Shown in pieces: positions 47,513 through 56,938 of a stretch of DNA of 64,000 nt. The first letter of the stretch is position 1; each line of letters begins with the position of its first letter. The notes under the pieces are model-generated. The model was not told the DNA's origin. It saw only the letters and a program-made list of their open reading frames with translations, and did not search any database. Origin of the DNA: a virus; IMG/VR virus record IMGVR_UViG_3300046463_000520, positions 1 to 64,000 of that record. One strand, written 5' to 3'. Position numbers and translations under genes: made by a program.

Positions 47513-50500
47513 ATGACCACTCTTATTCTCGATGACGCCTCCAATGGAATGGCGTCAGACCTTGCGCGGCTGAAGCTCGCACGCGAAGGCAAGACGCTCC
47601 TTCAAGAGCGCGAATCCCTCACCGCGAGCGCGGCGGACACGATCCGCAAGCTGAAAATCGGCAAGCGCATTCGCGAGATTGTCGAAGCCTTGGGCCTGCG
47701 CCCTGCCGCGAAGAAGCCGGACGCCGCGCCTGTCGCGGTGCGCACGGAACCGACCGGCGAGTTTTACCCCGACGAGGGTAAGCGCACGACCGGACAACGC
47801 CAGAAGGCGAACGACGCCGCTATCGCGCTCATGCGCGAGATTCAGGCATCGGGCCGCGCCGTGACCGACGAAGACCGCGCGATCCTCGCGAAGTATTCCG
47901 GCAACGGCGGCGGGCTTGTGGGCGCGGACGGCAAGACCGGAAGCCCGCACGAATACTACACGCCGAAGGAAGTCGCGGGCGCGATGTGGAACCTGCTGGC
48001 CGAACTCGGCTTCAATGGCGGCTCCGTGCTCGATCCGTCGTCGGGCACCGGTATTTTCACTTCGATGCGCCCGAAATCGGCAGTCATGTCGCAAGTGGAA
48101 CTCGATCAGACGTCGGGCACCATCAACGGACTCGTCAACAACGGCCCGACGGTCACGACCGCCGTATCGCCCTTCGAAGCGTTCGCCAACGACACGCCCG
48201 ACGAGATTTATGACGCGGTTATCACCAACGTTCCGTTCGGCGACCGCACCAAGCGCGGCGGCAATGAAAAGCTCGACTCGCGCTTTCAGGATGAATCGCT
48301 CGAAGGCTACTTCGTGCAGCGCGCGCTTCAGAAGGTCAAGCCGAACGGCTTGGCGGCGTTCATCGTGCCGAAGGCGGTCGTGTCCGGCTTGGGTTCCCGC
48401 GACGTCAAGCTGCGCACGAACTGTTCGCTCATGGCCGAATTCGTCGGCGCGTACCGCCTGCCGAATTCCATCTTTACGACCGCCGCCGCCGACGTGACGA
48501 CGGACCTGATTGTGTTCCGCAAGTTCTCGCGCGAGACGCGCCGCAAGGTCGAAGAACTCGAAGCGCAAAGCCCGGCCACGCTGAAGGACGCCAACATTCT
48601 GTGGGAGCCGTTCGTGTCCGGCGCGTTCTTCAAGACCGTGGGCCGCAAGTACATTCTCGGCGAAGAAGGCACGACCAAGGGCAAATACGGCGAAGTCGCC
48701 GCCGTCATCAATACCGATTCGATCAGCAACATCGTCAAGCTGATTAAGCGCTTCCCTGACTCCCATATCAATTGGGAACTGCTCGACATGGTTCCGACCG
48801 CGCCGATCACGTACACGGACGGCGACACGATCAATAAGGACGGCGCGACGCTCGAAATGCGCGACGGCGAATGGGTCGTGCTCGACTCCGCGCAGGCCGC
48901 AAGCAAGACGGTGCTCGACTTGGCAGACAAGCTCTCGCGCCCGCTCGCGGCGGTCAATTCGCGCGTCACGTTCGCGCAGGCAGGCGAATACGTCGATGCG
49001 ATGCAGAACGCCGGGCGCTTTTGGGACGTCGGCGCATGGCTGACGGGCACGGTTAAGACCGTGGCGACGCTCGCAGAGTCGGAGCGTGAAACGTGGTGGC
49101 AAGCGATCACCGCAGGCATGGCCGTGCAGGAATTGCTGTCGGAAGCCGATTCCGTCGAGCCGCAGAACTACGTCACCGCATACCCGGAACTGGCCGCGCA
49201 ACTCGCGAAGGTCGAGCGCTACGCCACGCGCACCGTCGGCAAGGCCGCAAAGCTCGTGAAGGACGGCCTGCTGTCGATTCAGAACGCACGGCGCAAGGGC
49301 GAATTCACCGCGCTCTGGAAGGGCGAAATCCTCGCCAACGTGCAGGACCGGATTCTGTCGCCGACGCAGATTTATGAGAAGGCGCGCTATGAGAACGAAG
49401 ACGAAACCGGCTTCGTGTCTGTCTCGAAGCTGCGCGAAGCCATGTCGGACTTCGACCCGCTCGAAGACGACGACTGGTGTATGGGCGCGGACGGCGAAAC
49501 CGTCATGCACGCGAACGACTATTACACCGGCTCGTATGGCCGCTTCCTGAAGCAAGCGGAAGCCGACCTTGCCGCCGCGACGGACCCGCGCGTGCGCGCG
49601 AAAATCGCCCGGCAAATGGACCGTGCGAAGGAACGTATCAGCGTGGTGGACGTCGCCGACATGACGTTCAATCTGTTCACGCCGCACGTCACGATGGCGC
49701 AAAAGCTCGAATTCCTGAAGACCTATGTGTCGGTTGATATTTTCATCAACGACAAGGGCGAATTCGATATCAAGCAGTCGAATCCGGGTAAGTACGCCAG
49801 TGCCGAAGAAATGGCCGCGTACAAAGCCATGCAGCGCTTCGTGAAGTCGTATCTGAAGAACCAGACGATTACGACGATGACGAAGCAAGCGGACGCCGAA
49901 GCGAACCCCGCTGCGGAAGCCGCTTTGATGCGCCGGATTAAGGACATTACGGACCGCGCGAAGGCACAGTTCGATTCGTGGGCGCGCGCCAACGACGAGA
50001 TTCAGGCGTCGCTGCATCAAAAGCTGAACGACCCGGAAAACCTGAAGTTCATCGAAGTGCCGGACGGCACGCCCTTGGACATTCCGAATCTGAACGTCGA
50101 AGACTTCGAGCCGCACGCCTACCAGTACGCCGCCTGCCGCCGCTACGCCCGTCATTTCGGCGGCGTGCTCGGCTTCGATGTGGGCCTCGGCAAGACGTTG
50201 ACGGCGCTCGCCGCGACGCAGTACGCGCAGTCTATCGGCGTGAAGAAGAAGACCATTTTCGTGGTCCCGAATGCCACGCTCACGAACTGGCAGAAGGAAG
50301 CGGGCAAGGCGTATCTGAACACGGACGACTGTCTGTTCGTCGGCGTCATCACGGACAAAAAGGGCAAAAAGAAGGTCGATAACAACCAAGTCAAAATCGA
50401 CTTGAACACGATCCGCGAAAACCGTCATGCGAAGATTTTCATGACGATTGAAGCATTCAAGCAGATTCCCCTGCGCGAAGAAACGCTCGACGCCTATGTC

Positions 50501-53500
50501 GAATACCTCGCGCACCATGACGACGCCTATTCGGTCGAGAACGACAAGAGCAAGACGGAAAGCATCAAGCAGGACTCCCTGCTCGCGGAAGCGAAAGACT
50601 TGGGTTCGAAATCGGGCGCGCTGCCCTACTTCGAAGACTTGGGCGTGGATTCGCTCGTGCTGGACGAAGCGCACAACTACAAAAACTCGAAAGTCACGAG
50701 CGCGGAATTTACCGGCGCGAAATACCTGTCGGACCCGCAGAAGTCGCAACGCGGCATGGACATGCAGGCGAAGGCGTGGTTTGTCCGTGGTCTGTCGGAC
50801 CGTGGCGATGGCGTGGTTTCGCTGACCGCGACGCCCGTCACGAACTCGCCGCTCGAAGTCTATTCGATGCTCACGCTCGCGCTTGGCGAAGAAGAAGTCA
50901 ACAACATGTACGGCGTGACCGGCGCGGACACGTTCATGGCGGCGGCGTGCGATATCGAAGAACGCGAAGAAGAAAACATCGTCGGCAAATTCACCGCGAC
51001 GCGCACCTTTACCGGCTTGCAGAACGCGGGCCTGCTGCGCCGCCTGCTCCAGACGTCGTGCCTGATTAAGACGGCGGAAGACGTGAAGGCGGACGGCGTG
51101 GATATCCGCGTGCCGCAGGCCGAAGAAATCTCGACGGCGGTCGATATCGGGCCGGACAACTTCGCGACGCTCATCGCCTACAAAAACGAGTACATGGAAG
51201 CGGTCAAGCTCGTGAAGGCGGGCGGCGGCGGACCGGACGACAAGCTCACGGCGTCACCGTTCAACCTGATTCGAAAGATGACGAAGGTCATCAACGACCC
51301 GGAAATGGACAAGGGCGTGTTCGTCTTCAAGTTCTCGGACGACGAGAAAGAAGGCGCGCTCAAGGCCCTGCTCGCGTTCAACAAGAAGAAGGTCAAGGAA
51401 ATCCGCGACACGCTCGACCCGATGCTCGGCAAGGAATTCGTCACGGAAAAGAGTGTGCGTGACACGGTAACGGGCGATTTCGTCGTCCAATACAACACGA
51501 CCATTCAGGCGTTCGCCGCGACCGATGCGAACGGCGACAACGAAATCCGCCTGCCGTCCACGGAATACGAGACGCAGGAAGCGCTTATCAAGCTGCTCGA
51601 AGCCGAAGGCGTGAAGCCGCGCGTGAAAATCTCGCCGAAGCTCGCCGCCGTCATCGCGAACGTGAAGAAAGAAGCCGCGTACCCGCGTCATATGGGCCAC
51701 GCCAAGCAAATCATTTTCTGCGACGAACTCGGCCTGCATCCGAAAATCCGGCTCGCGCTCGCGCAGGAAGTGGGCGTTCCGCTGTCGAAAATCAAGATCG
51801 TCAATGCGGTCGCGGTTGACGTCGCGGGTATGCAGGACGTGCAGGACGGTTTCAACGCCGACGGCGAAGAAAACCGCTACGAATACGTCATCGCCAACAA
51901 AAAGGCCGAAGTCGGTATCAACCTGCAAAAAGGCTGTCAGGCTATCCACCATATGACGATTGGCTGGACGCCGGACTCGACGCACCAACGCAACGGGCGC
52001 GGCGTGCGGCAGGGCAACACGGTCGAGAAGGTCATGGTGTATCACTACGATGCGAACGGCACGTTCGACGCCTACAAGCGCAAAATCGTGGATATCAAAG
52101 CCGACTGGATTGGCGCGCTCATGTCGGGCGACTCGCAGAAAATCAAGATCGAAGGCGACATGTCCGCCGCCGATTACGAACTGCTCGCGAACGCCGTGGG
52201 CGACGCTGAAGCGATGGAAACGGCAAACAGGGCCATCGCCGACCGCGCCAAGCGCGAAAAGATTCAGGCCGCGCGCGTGCAGCAAATCCAGTATGTGCGC
52301 ACCATCGAAGGCGCGAACGTATGGCTCAACAAGTTCGGCGTGACCGGCGAAGACGAGACGAGCGGCTTCAATGCTTGGGTCAACTCGAAAATCGCGAGCA
52401 TCCGCGCGCAGGTTTCCATCATCGCCGATATCAAGACGCGGCAGGATGAAACCGAAAGCGACTTGATGCGCGCGCGGCTGGCGAAGAAGTACGCCGAAGA
52501 ACGCCCGAAGCTCGACGCGGCCCTGCTCGTCATCGGCGGACTCGCAACGCCGGGCAAAATCCCCGCCGAACGCACGTATCGCTCCACGCTCACGGACGAA
52601 GACCGCGCATCCGCCGCCTATGCGAACTGGAAGAAGGAACTGACGTTGCGCACGAACATGCGCGACGACTCGCGCCGCGCCTTCCTTCAGCGCTCGGAAG
52701 ACGGCTATACGGTCGATTCGCTCGACGCGCACGCGCGCGGCGAAGCGGCGGTCGTCATGGGTACGCTGGTTCGTATCGGCTCGTTTGTCGAGAACGGCGA
52801 CGCGCTGCTGGTTGTGCGCAGCGGCAAGAATCGTCAGGCGGGCAACCTGTACGGTTACAACCCGGCTGACCAAAGCGAAATCGAACTGCTGAAAATCGCC
52901 AAGCCGGTATTCACGGACAAGGGTTCCGCGCGCTGGCGCTCGCTGGTTGAACAGGCCGTGCGCATGGACGAAGCGACCATTGCCGATAGCGATTTCGGCG
53001 GCGCGTATGGTGCGAGCGATCCGCGCCTGTACATGTCGATGGTCGAAGACGTGCGCGACGCGATCAGCGTGCCGGTTCCGTCGGCCCCGCTCTCGAAGTC
53101 GTCGTTCTCGTTCAAGCGCCCGTACTTCCCTATCGTGCTCGATGACTTGACCGGCGAAAGCGGCGGCGCGCTGGCGAAGCGCATCCGTGCGGAACAAATC
53201 GACCTGCTCGACTTGGCGAAGGGCAACAAGTGGAACGTCGTGCCGCGCGACACGCGCACCATCGGGCCGTCGCTCGATATCAACGTGCGCACGCAATCCG
53301 AAGCGATCCGCGAGTATGCGGTGGCGCACAATCTGCGCGCGACCGAAGACGACCTGTACGCGATCAATAGCGGGCTTGGCACGCGCAACGTGGTCGATCA
53401 GCTTGGACTGCGCGCGCTGTTCTTCAAGTCGCTGCCCGAAGGCGTCGCGGCAAGCAAGACGCCGGACGAACTCGACGTGTGGGCGCTCGCGTGGTTCCGC

Positions 53501-54349
53501 GCGCAACTCGACTGGCTCGAAGTGTCGGACCTTTCGACGGTGCTTGGCGGGTACATGTCGCAATACCTGCGCACGCAGGCAAAGATTGACGACGGCACGG
53601 AACGATGGGTCAAGCTGATTGAACCGCCGACCTACACTGTGAAGGACGCGGCGCTGGCGGCGCTCGAAACGGCGATCAAGGGCGGTTTTCTGGTCGATGA
53701 AATCATCGGCGAGAACGGCGGCAACGCCTACCCGATGCCGTATCTGCCGGGCGGTTTCCTGTCGAGCGGCGCGGGCCGGAAAGTCGCCGAACTGCTGTGC
53801 GAACAGGTCGGCGAATATATCGAACTGAAGGTCGGCGCGGACAAGGTGCGCTCGCTCAACGGGTACGGCTCGAACATTCGCCTGTATTACGACAATTGGG
53901 GCGATGCCGTGACGCTGGTTGCAAGCGTGTTCTCGGACCGCTGGAAATCGCTGGTTCAGTGGGCGCAGTCGGTTGAGAAGGTGCGCGCAGCGGACAAGGC
54001 AGGCACGGACGTGCCGGGCATTCTCGCCGCCCTGCGCCGGATGCCGGGCGTGCTGTCGGCGGACGTCGGCACGGTCGAAGCGCGCGAGAAGCGTTACGGC
54101 TCGAAGGGGTTCTATACCTACGTGCCGGGCACGTATATCCTGCTCGGCATTTCGCGCGGCTCGTCGCTGCACGATAAGGTCGCGACGAAGGGCGACGCGG
54201 GCTTGCATGGCCGCACGTTCGACCGCGAAACGAACTGCTTCCGCATCACCATCGCCGACGGCGAGAAGTGGAGCGACGGCGTAGCGGTCGCATCGGTCGA
54301 TAGTCTGTTCGCGCACATCGGGCAAAACATCGCCGACTATAAGCTGTAA
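47513..54349 (+). CDS. darB: DarB-like N6-adenine methyltransferase + SNF2 helicase
   Basis: VLDPSSGTGIF, ITNVPFG; DVGLGKT, LDEAH, LTATP, QRNGRGVRQGN. Confidence 0.9.
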   Translation: MTTLILDDASNGMASDLARLKLAREGKTLLQERESLTASAADTIRKLKIGKRIREIVEALGLRPAAKKPDAAPVAVRTEPTGEFYPDEGKRTTGQRQKANDAAIALMREIQASGRAVTDEDRAILAKYSGNGGGLVGADGKTGSPHEYYTPKEVAGAMWNLLAELGFNGGSVLDPSSGTGIFTSMRPKSAVMSQVELDQTSGTINGLVNNGPTVTTAVSPFEAFANDTPDEIYDAVITNVPFGDRTKRGGNEKLDSRFQDESLEGYFVQRALQKVKPNGLAAFIVPKAVVSGLGSRDVKLRTNCSLMAEFVGAYRLPNSIFTTAAADVTTDLIVFRKFSRETRRKVEELEAQSPATLKDANILWEPFVSGAFFKTVGRKYILGEEGTTKGKYGEVAAVINTDSISNIVKLIKRFPDSHINWELLDMVPTAPITYTDGDTINKDGATLEMRDGEWVVLDSAQAASKTVLDLADKLSRPLAAVNSRVTFAQAGEYVDAMQNAGRFWDVGAWLTGTVKTVATLAESERETWWQAITAGMAVQELLSEADSVEPQNYVTAYPELAAQLAKVERYATRTVGKAAKLVKDGLLSIQNARRKGEFTALWKGEILANVQDRILSPTQIYEKARYENEDETGFVSVSKLREAMSDFDPLEDDDWCMGADGETVMHANDYYTGSYGRFLKQAEADLAAATDPRVRAKIARQMDRAKERISVVDVADMTFNLFTPHVTMAQKLEFLKTYVSVDIFINDKGEFDIKQSNPGKYASAEEMAAYKAMQRFVKSYLKNQTITTMTKQADAEANPAAEAALMRRIKDITDRAKAQFDSWARANDEIQASLHQKLNDPENLKFIEVPDGTPLDIPNLNVEDFEPHAYQYAACRRYARHFGGVLGFDVGLGKTLTALAATQYAQSIGVKKKTIFVVPNATLTNWQKEAGKAYLNTDDCLFVGVITDKKGKKKVDNNQVKIDLNTIRENRHAKIFMTIEAFKQIPLREETLDAYVEYLAHHDDAYSVENDKSKTESIKQDSLLAEAKDLGSKSGALPYFEDLGVDSLVLDEAHNYKNSKVTSAEFTGAKYLSDPQKSQRGMDMQAKAWFVRGLSDRGDGVVSLTATPVTNSPLEVYSMLTLALGEEEVNNMYGVTGADTFMAAACDIEEREEENIVGKFTATRTFTGLQNAGLLRRLLQTSCLIKTAEDVKADGVDIRVPQAEEISTAVDIGPDNFATLIAYKNEYMEAVKLVKAGGGGPDDKLTASPFNLIRKMTKVINDPEMDKGVFVFKFSDDEKEGALKALLAFNKKKVKEIRDTLDPMLGKEFVTEKSVRDTVTGDFVVQYNTTIQAFAATDANGDNEIRLPSTEYETQEALIKLLEAEGVKPRVKISPKLAAVIANVKKEAAYPRHMGHAKQIIFCDELGLHPKIRLALAQEVGVPLSKIKIVNAVAVDVAGMQDVQDGFNADGEENRYEYVIANKKAEVGINLQKGCQAIHHMTIGWTPDSTHQRNGRGVRQGNTVEKVMVYHYDANGTFDAYKRKIVDIKADWIGALMSGDSQKIKIEGDMSAADYELLANAVGDAEAMETANRAIADRAKREKIQAARVQQIQYVRTIEGANVWLNKFGVTGEDETSGFNAWVNSKIASIRAQVSIIADIKTRQDETESDLMRARLAKKYAEERPKLDAALLVIGGLATPGKIPAERTYRSTLTDEDRASAAYANWKKELTLRTNMRDDSRRAFLQRSEDGYTVDSLDAHARGEAAVVMGTLVRIGSFVENGDALLVVRSGKNRQAGNLYGYNPADQSEIELLKIAKPVFTDKGSARWRSLVEQAVRMDEATIADSDFGGAYGASDPRLYMSMVEDVRDAISVPVPSAPLSKSSFSFKRPYFPIVLDDLTGESGGALAKRIRAEQIDLLDLAKGNKWNVVPRDTRTIGPSLDINVRTQSEAIREYAVAHNLRATEDDLYAINSGLGTRNVVDQLGLRALFFKSLPEGVAASKTPDELDVWALAWFRAQLDWLEVSDLSTVLGGYMSQYLRTQAKIDDGTERWVKLIEPPTYTVKDAALAALETAIKGGFLVDEIIGENGGNAYPMPYLPGGFLSSGAGRKVAELLCEQVGEYIELKVGADKVRSLNGYGSNIRLYYDNWGDAVTLVASVFSDRWKSLVQWAQSVEKVRAADKAGTDVPGILAALRRMPGVLSADVGTVEAREKRYGSKGFYTYVPGTYILLGISRGSSLHDKVATKGDAGLHGRTFDRETNCFRITIADGEKWSDGVAVASVDSLFAHIGQNIADYKL

Positions 54350-54397
54350 GACACACGCCGCCGCCCACGCCGGGCGGCGGCATAACCAGAACCAACC

Positions 54398-54805
54398 ATG
54401 ACCCTACTCGCTTTCAAAATGGACCCGGCTTGGCTCGCGCAGAAGCGCGACGAGTACGCCGGGCAAATCAAGGCCGAACGCGGCGCGGACGCGGACGTGC
54501 GCGCGGTATTCATCGAGCAAACCCGCAAGGTCATCAGCGGCGCGAATCGCACGAGCTATCTGCGCTTCGGGCCGTATTGGTGGGCTGTGAAGCGCATCCT
54601 GATTGCCGCCGATATCGGCGTCGGGACGCACGTCGAAACCATGTGGGCGGATGAATACGCCTGCGCGGATGACGAACTGACGCTCGTCGCGTCGTGGGCG
54701 TTTGCCGAAGACGCAACGGGGCGCTTTGGCGTGCTCACGCGGGAATACGATTTGGACGGCATCACGTTCGTGCTCTACGACGAAGAAATGGAAGCTCCGC
54801 GCTGA
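54398..54805 (+). CDS. Ulx-like protein
   Basis: Position right after darB as in P1; YLRFGPYWWAVK motif. Confidence 0.5.
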   Translation: MTLLAFKMDPAWLAQKRDEYAGQIKAERGADADVRAVFIEQTRKVISGANRTSYLRFGPYWWAVKRILIAADIGVGTHVETMWADEYACADDELTLVASWAFAEDATGRFGVLTREYDLDGITFVLYDEEMEAPR

Positions 54806-54878
54806 ATTGCAACACGAAAGGGGGTGGTCCCTATCTCGAACCCCTGAAGGGGTGGATATAAAGAACGCCTCAACCTTT

Positions 54879-54902
54879 GCCCGGCCTTGCGCCGGGCTTT
54901 TT
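54879..54902 (+). terminator. Rho-independent terminator
   Basis: GCCCGGC-CTTGC-GCCGGGC-TTTTT. Confidence 0.8.
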
Positions 54903-54907
54903 ATTGC

Positions 54908-55243
54908 TCACGAGACGATTCCATAAAAGACGGCCATCGCGCGATTGACCGCAAGCATGGTTTCGTCATCGAGACGCCCGACGACCTGCCCGATGTTCTC
55001 GCGCGGCACGGCCTGAATCTTATCGACCATGACTTGCGAAGGCTTGTCCAATCCATTCCCCGCGCTCGGCTCGACCGTGATTCGATACAGCGGCATATCG
55101 CGAAGCTCGCTCGTGATAAGCACGATGACGATAGAGGCATGTTCGGCGAACAGGTCCGACTGCACGACAAGCGCGGGGCGCGGCTTGCCGGTATAGGCCC
55201 CTTTCGCGGCGACCGTCACCACGTCACCGCGCATCATTCCCAA
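54908..55243 (-). CDS. mazF: PemK/MazF-family toxin
   Basis: RGDVV...GKPRPALVVQSD...ITS...NGL.KPS.VMVDKI. Confidence 0.9.
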   Translation of the reverse strand: MGMMRGDVVTVAAKGAYTGKPRPALVVQSDLFAEHASIVIVLITSELRDMPLYRITVEPSAGNGLDKPSQVMVDKIQAVPRENIGQVVGRLDDETMLAVNRAMAVFYGIVS

Positions 55244-55446
55244 CCCTCCCGGTCCGCGACGGACTCGATGAAATCCATGATTTCCCGCTCGTGCGGGTCA
55301 TCGCGCGTGAGAAGCGACTGACGGCGGCATTCCTCCGCGAAGCCCGGCGCGCTCGTGTCGGGAACCCATATCTGCACCGGGCGCAGACCCGCGCGGCGCA
55401 TGGCGTCGCGGCGCTTCGCGACCCGCTCTGAAACTGTCATTCCCAT
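55234..55446 (-). CDS. MazE-like (DUF3018-type) antitoxin
   Basis: RVAKRR..MR.AGLRPVQIWVPDT..PGF..ECRRQS. Confidence 0.85.
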   Translation of the reverse strand: MGMTVSERVAKRRDAMRRAGLRPVQIWVPDTSAPGFAEECRRQSLLTRDDPHEREIMDFIESVADREGWE

Positions 55447-55459
55447 ATATCCCCCGTCG

Positions 55460-55479
55460 GTTACATGTAACGGATAGTA
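55460..55479 (-). promoter_or_regulatory. TA operator palindrome and -10 box
   Basis: Perfect GTTACATGTAAC (55460-55471) next to TACTAT on - (55474-55479). Confidence 0.6.
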
Positions 55480-55531
55480 TAGGGCAGATTTCCGACCGTC
55501 GTATAGGAGAATCTTTTGTGCGTTAGACCGC

Positions 55532-55560
55532 TTGCGCTTTCATTCGTGAGCGCATACTAT
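55532..55560 (+). promoter_or_regulatory. Conserved early sigma70 promoter/operator
   Basis: TTGCGC-tttcattcgtgagcgca-TACTAT. Confidence 0.8.
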
Positions 55561-55592
55561 TGAGTCTAGTCCACCACGAAGGGAGCACGAAC

Positions 55593-55832
55593 ATGGCCGT
55601 CAACTGGAAGCACGTCGCTGATACGCTCGCCCTGCAAGGCATCGACCTCAATACGCAATTCGATTCGCTGACCGGCGATCAAGTCAAGATGGTCGAAGAC
55701 CAAGCGAAGAAAAGCGGCTACCGTGCTCCGAAGAATTCGAGCGCGTCGCCCGCTGACATGTTCTTCTCGGCGGTGCAGCGCAAGGCGGGGACGCGCCGCC
55801 ATGCTTCGATCAACTCCCGCAAGGCCATCTAA
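55593..55832 (+). CDS. Hypothetical early protein
   Basis: RBS GGGAG; GYRAPKNSSAS. Confidence 0.65.
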   Translation: MAVNWKHVADTLALQGIDLNTQFDSLTGDQVKMVEDQAKKSGYRAPKNSSASPADMFFSAVQRKAGTRRHASINSRKAI

Positions 55833-55880
55833 CGCCCTGCCCGGCTCACACCGGGCGAAATCCACCACAAGGGAGCACAC

Positions 55881-56150
55881 ATGGAAGTCACTAAGATGCA
55901 GTGGGAAGCGATGGAAGCCTCGCTCGCGAACGACGAGTCGAGCACGGACGAAGAACTGGAAGACCACTTCGTTAAGGAAGTGGGCGTCACCATCGAAATC
56001 GCGCAGTTTGCGATCATCTACCGCGACGACTTCCTGACGGCGGACCCGAATGCGCCGGTTCAGCCGTCGCTCGCGGACCTGTGGGGCAGCGGCAGCATCG
56101 CGGGAGAAGCGCGCGCCGAACGCTGCCTCTCGCCCGGCTACGGTTCCTGA
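55881..56150 (+). CDS. Small acidic protein
   Basis: RBS GGGAG; LANDESSTDEELEDHF. Confidence 0.65.
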   Translation: MEVTKMQWEAMEASLANDESSTDEELEDHFVKEVGVTIEIAQFAIIYRDDFLTADPNAPVQPSLADLWGSGSIAGEARAERCLSPGYGS

Positions 56151-56160
56151 AGGGGCGCAC

Positions 56161-56457
56161 ATGGCAACGAACAAACCCGTCGTGAAATACTGCAAGCCCG
56201 CTCCCGCCACGCTGCGACGCTGGATCGACGCTCACCCTGAGAAAGTCGCGGAATTCGACTGCGGCGGCGGCTATTGCTTCGGCGATGGTCGCGGATTCGG
56301 GTACGACATTCTGTTGGCTCCCGGCTGGCGCATGTCCGATGACTGCGTGCATACGTTGATCGAGCCGACCGTTAAAGAAATGCTCGCGCAACTGCGAAGC
56401 GTCGTCCCGTGCGACTGCGACGAGTGCAAGGAAATGCTCGAACAGAGCGCGAAATAA
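56161..56457 (+). CDS. Hypothetical Cys-containing protein
   Basis: L.PGW....CVH...PCDCDEC. Confidence 0.65.
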   Translation: MATNKPVVKYCKPAPATLRRWIDAHPEKVAEFDCGGGYCFGDGRGFGYDILLAPGWRMSDDCVHTLIEPTVKEMLAQLRSVVPCDCDECKEMLEQSAK

Positions 56458-56501
56458 CAACCACGCCCGGCCTGCGCGCCGGGCATCACGAGCACACAAC
56501 A

Positions 56502-56696
56502 ATGGCACTCGACCTATCAAAAATCCCGGCTCACGTTCTCTCTGACGTGCGCGAGCGCGGTCACTCTGACGAAGCGATGGCCGCGATGACGCCGCGCGAA
56601 TTCTTCTCGGAATACTGCAACTGGAACGGCCTCATTCGGTGGGGTGACACGCTGTTTTCCGCTGTCGAAGCCTGTCAGAAAGCGGGCAAGCCATGA
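56502..56696 (+). CDS. Hypothetical phage protein
   Basis: MTPREFFSEYCNWNGLIRWG. Confidence 0.65.
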   Translation: MALDLSKIPAHVLSDVRERGHSDEAMAAMTPREFFSEYCNWNGLIRWGDTLFSAVEACQKAGKP

Positions 56697-56938
56697 AAAT
56701 TGACGAGAAATTCAACAAGCGCGGCGCGAACCTGATTGAAGTGCAAACGCCGTCGGTTCGCGGCGGGCCGCAATACGCGCTCGGCTTGGTCGCGGAATTT
56801 TTCAGGCTTCCGGGCGACGCCGATCACAGCACGATCAAGCTGCACATGACGCCGGGCGAAGCCCTGCACTTCGCCGAAGAACTGATAAAGGCGGCGCGCT
56901 TTGAACTGCGGGACGTTCTCAAGGGAGACAAAGCATGA
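56693..56938 (+). CDS. Hypothetical protein
   Basis: ATGA coupling. Confidence 0.6.
   Translation: MKIDEKFNKRGANLIEVQTPSVRGGPQYALGLVAEFFRLPGDADHSTIKLHMTPGEALHFAEELIKAARFELRDVLKGDKA

Noticed and set aside
47555-54325. Very long - strand ORFs (1064 and 1023 aa), and similar ones opposite other late genes
   Set aside because: Antisense shadows of high-GC coding genes with no recognisable motifs
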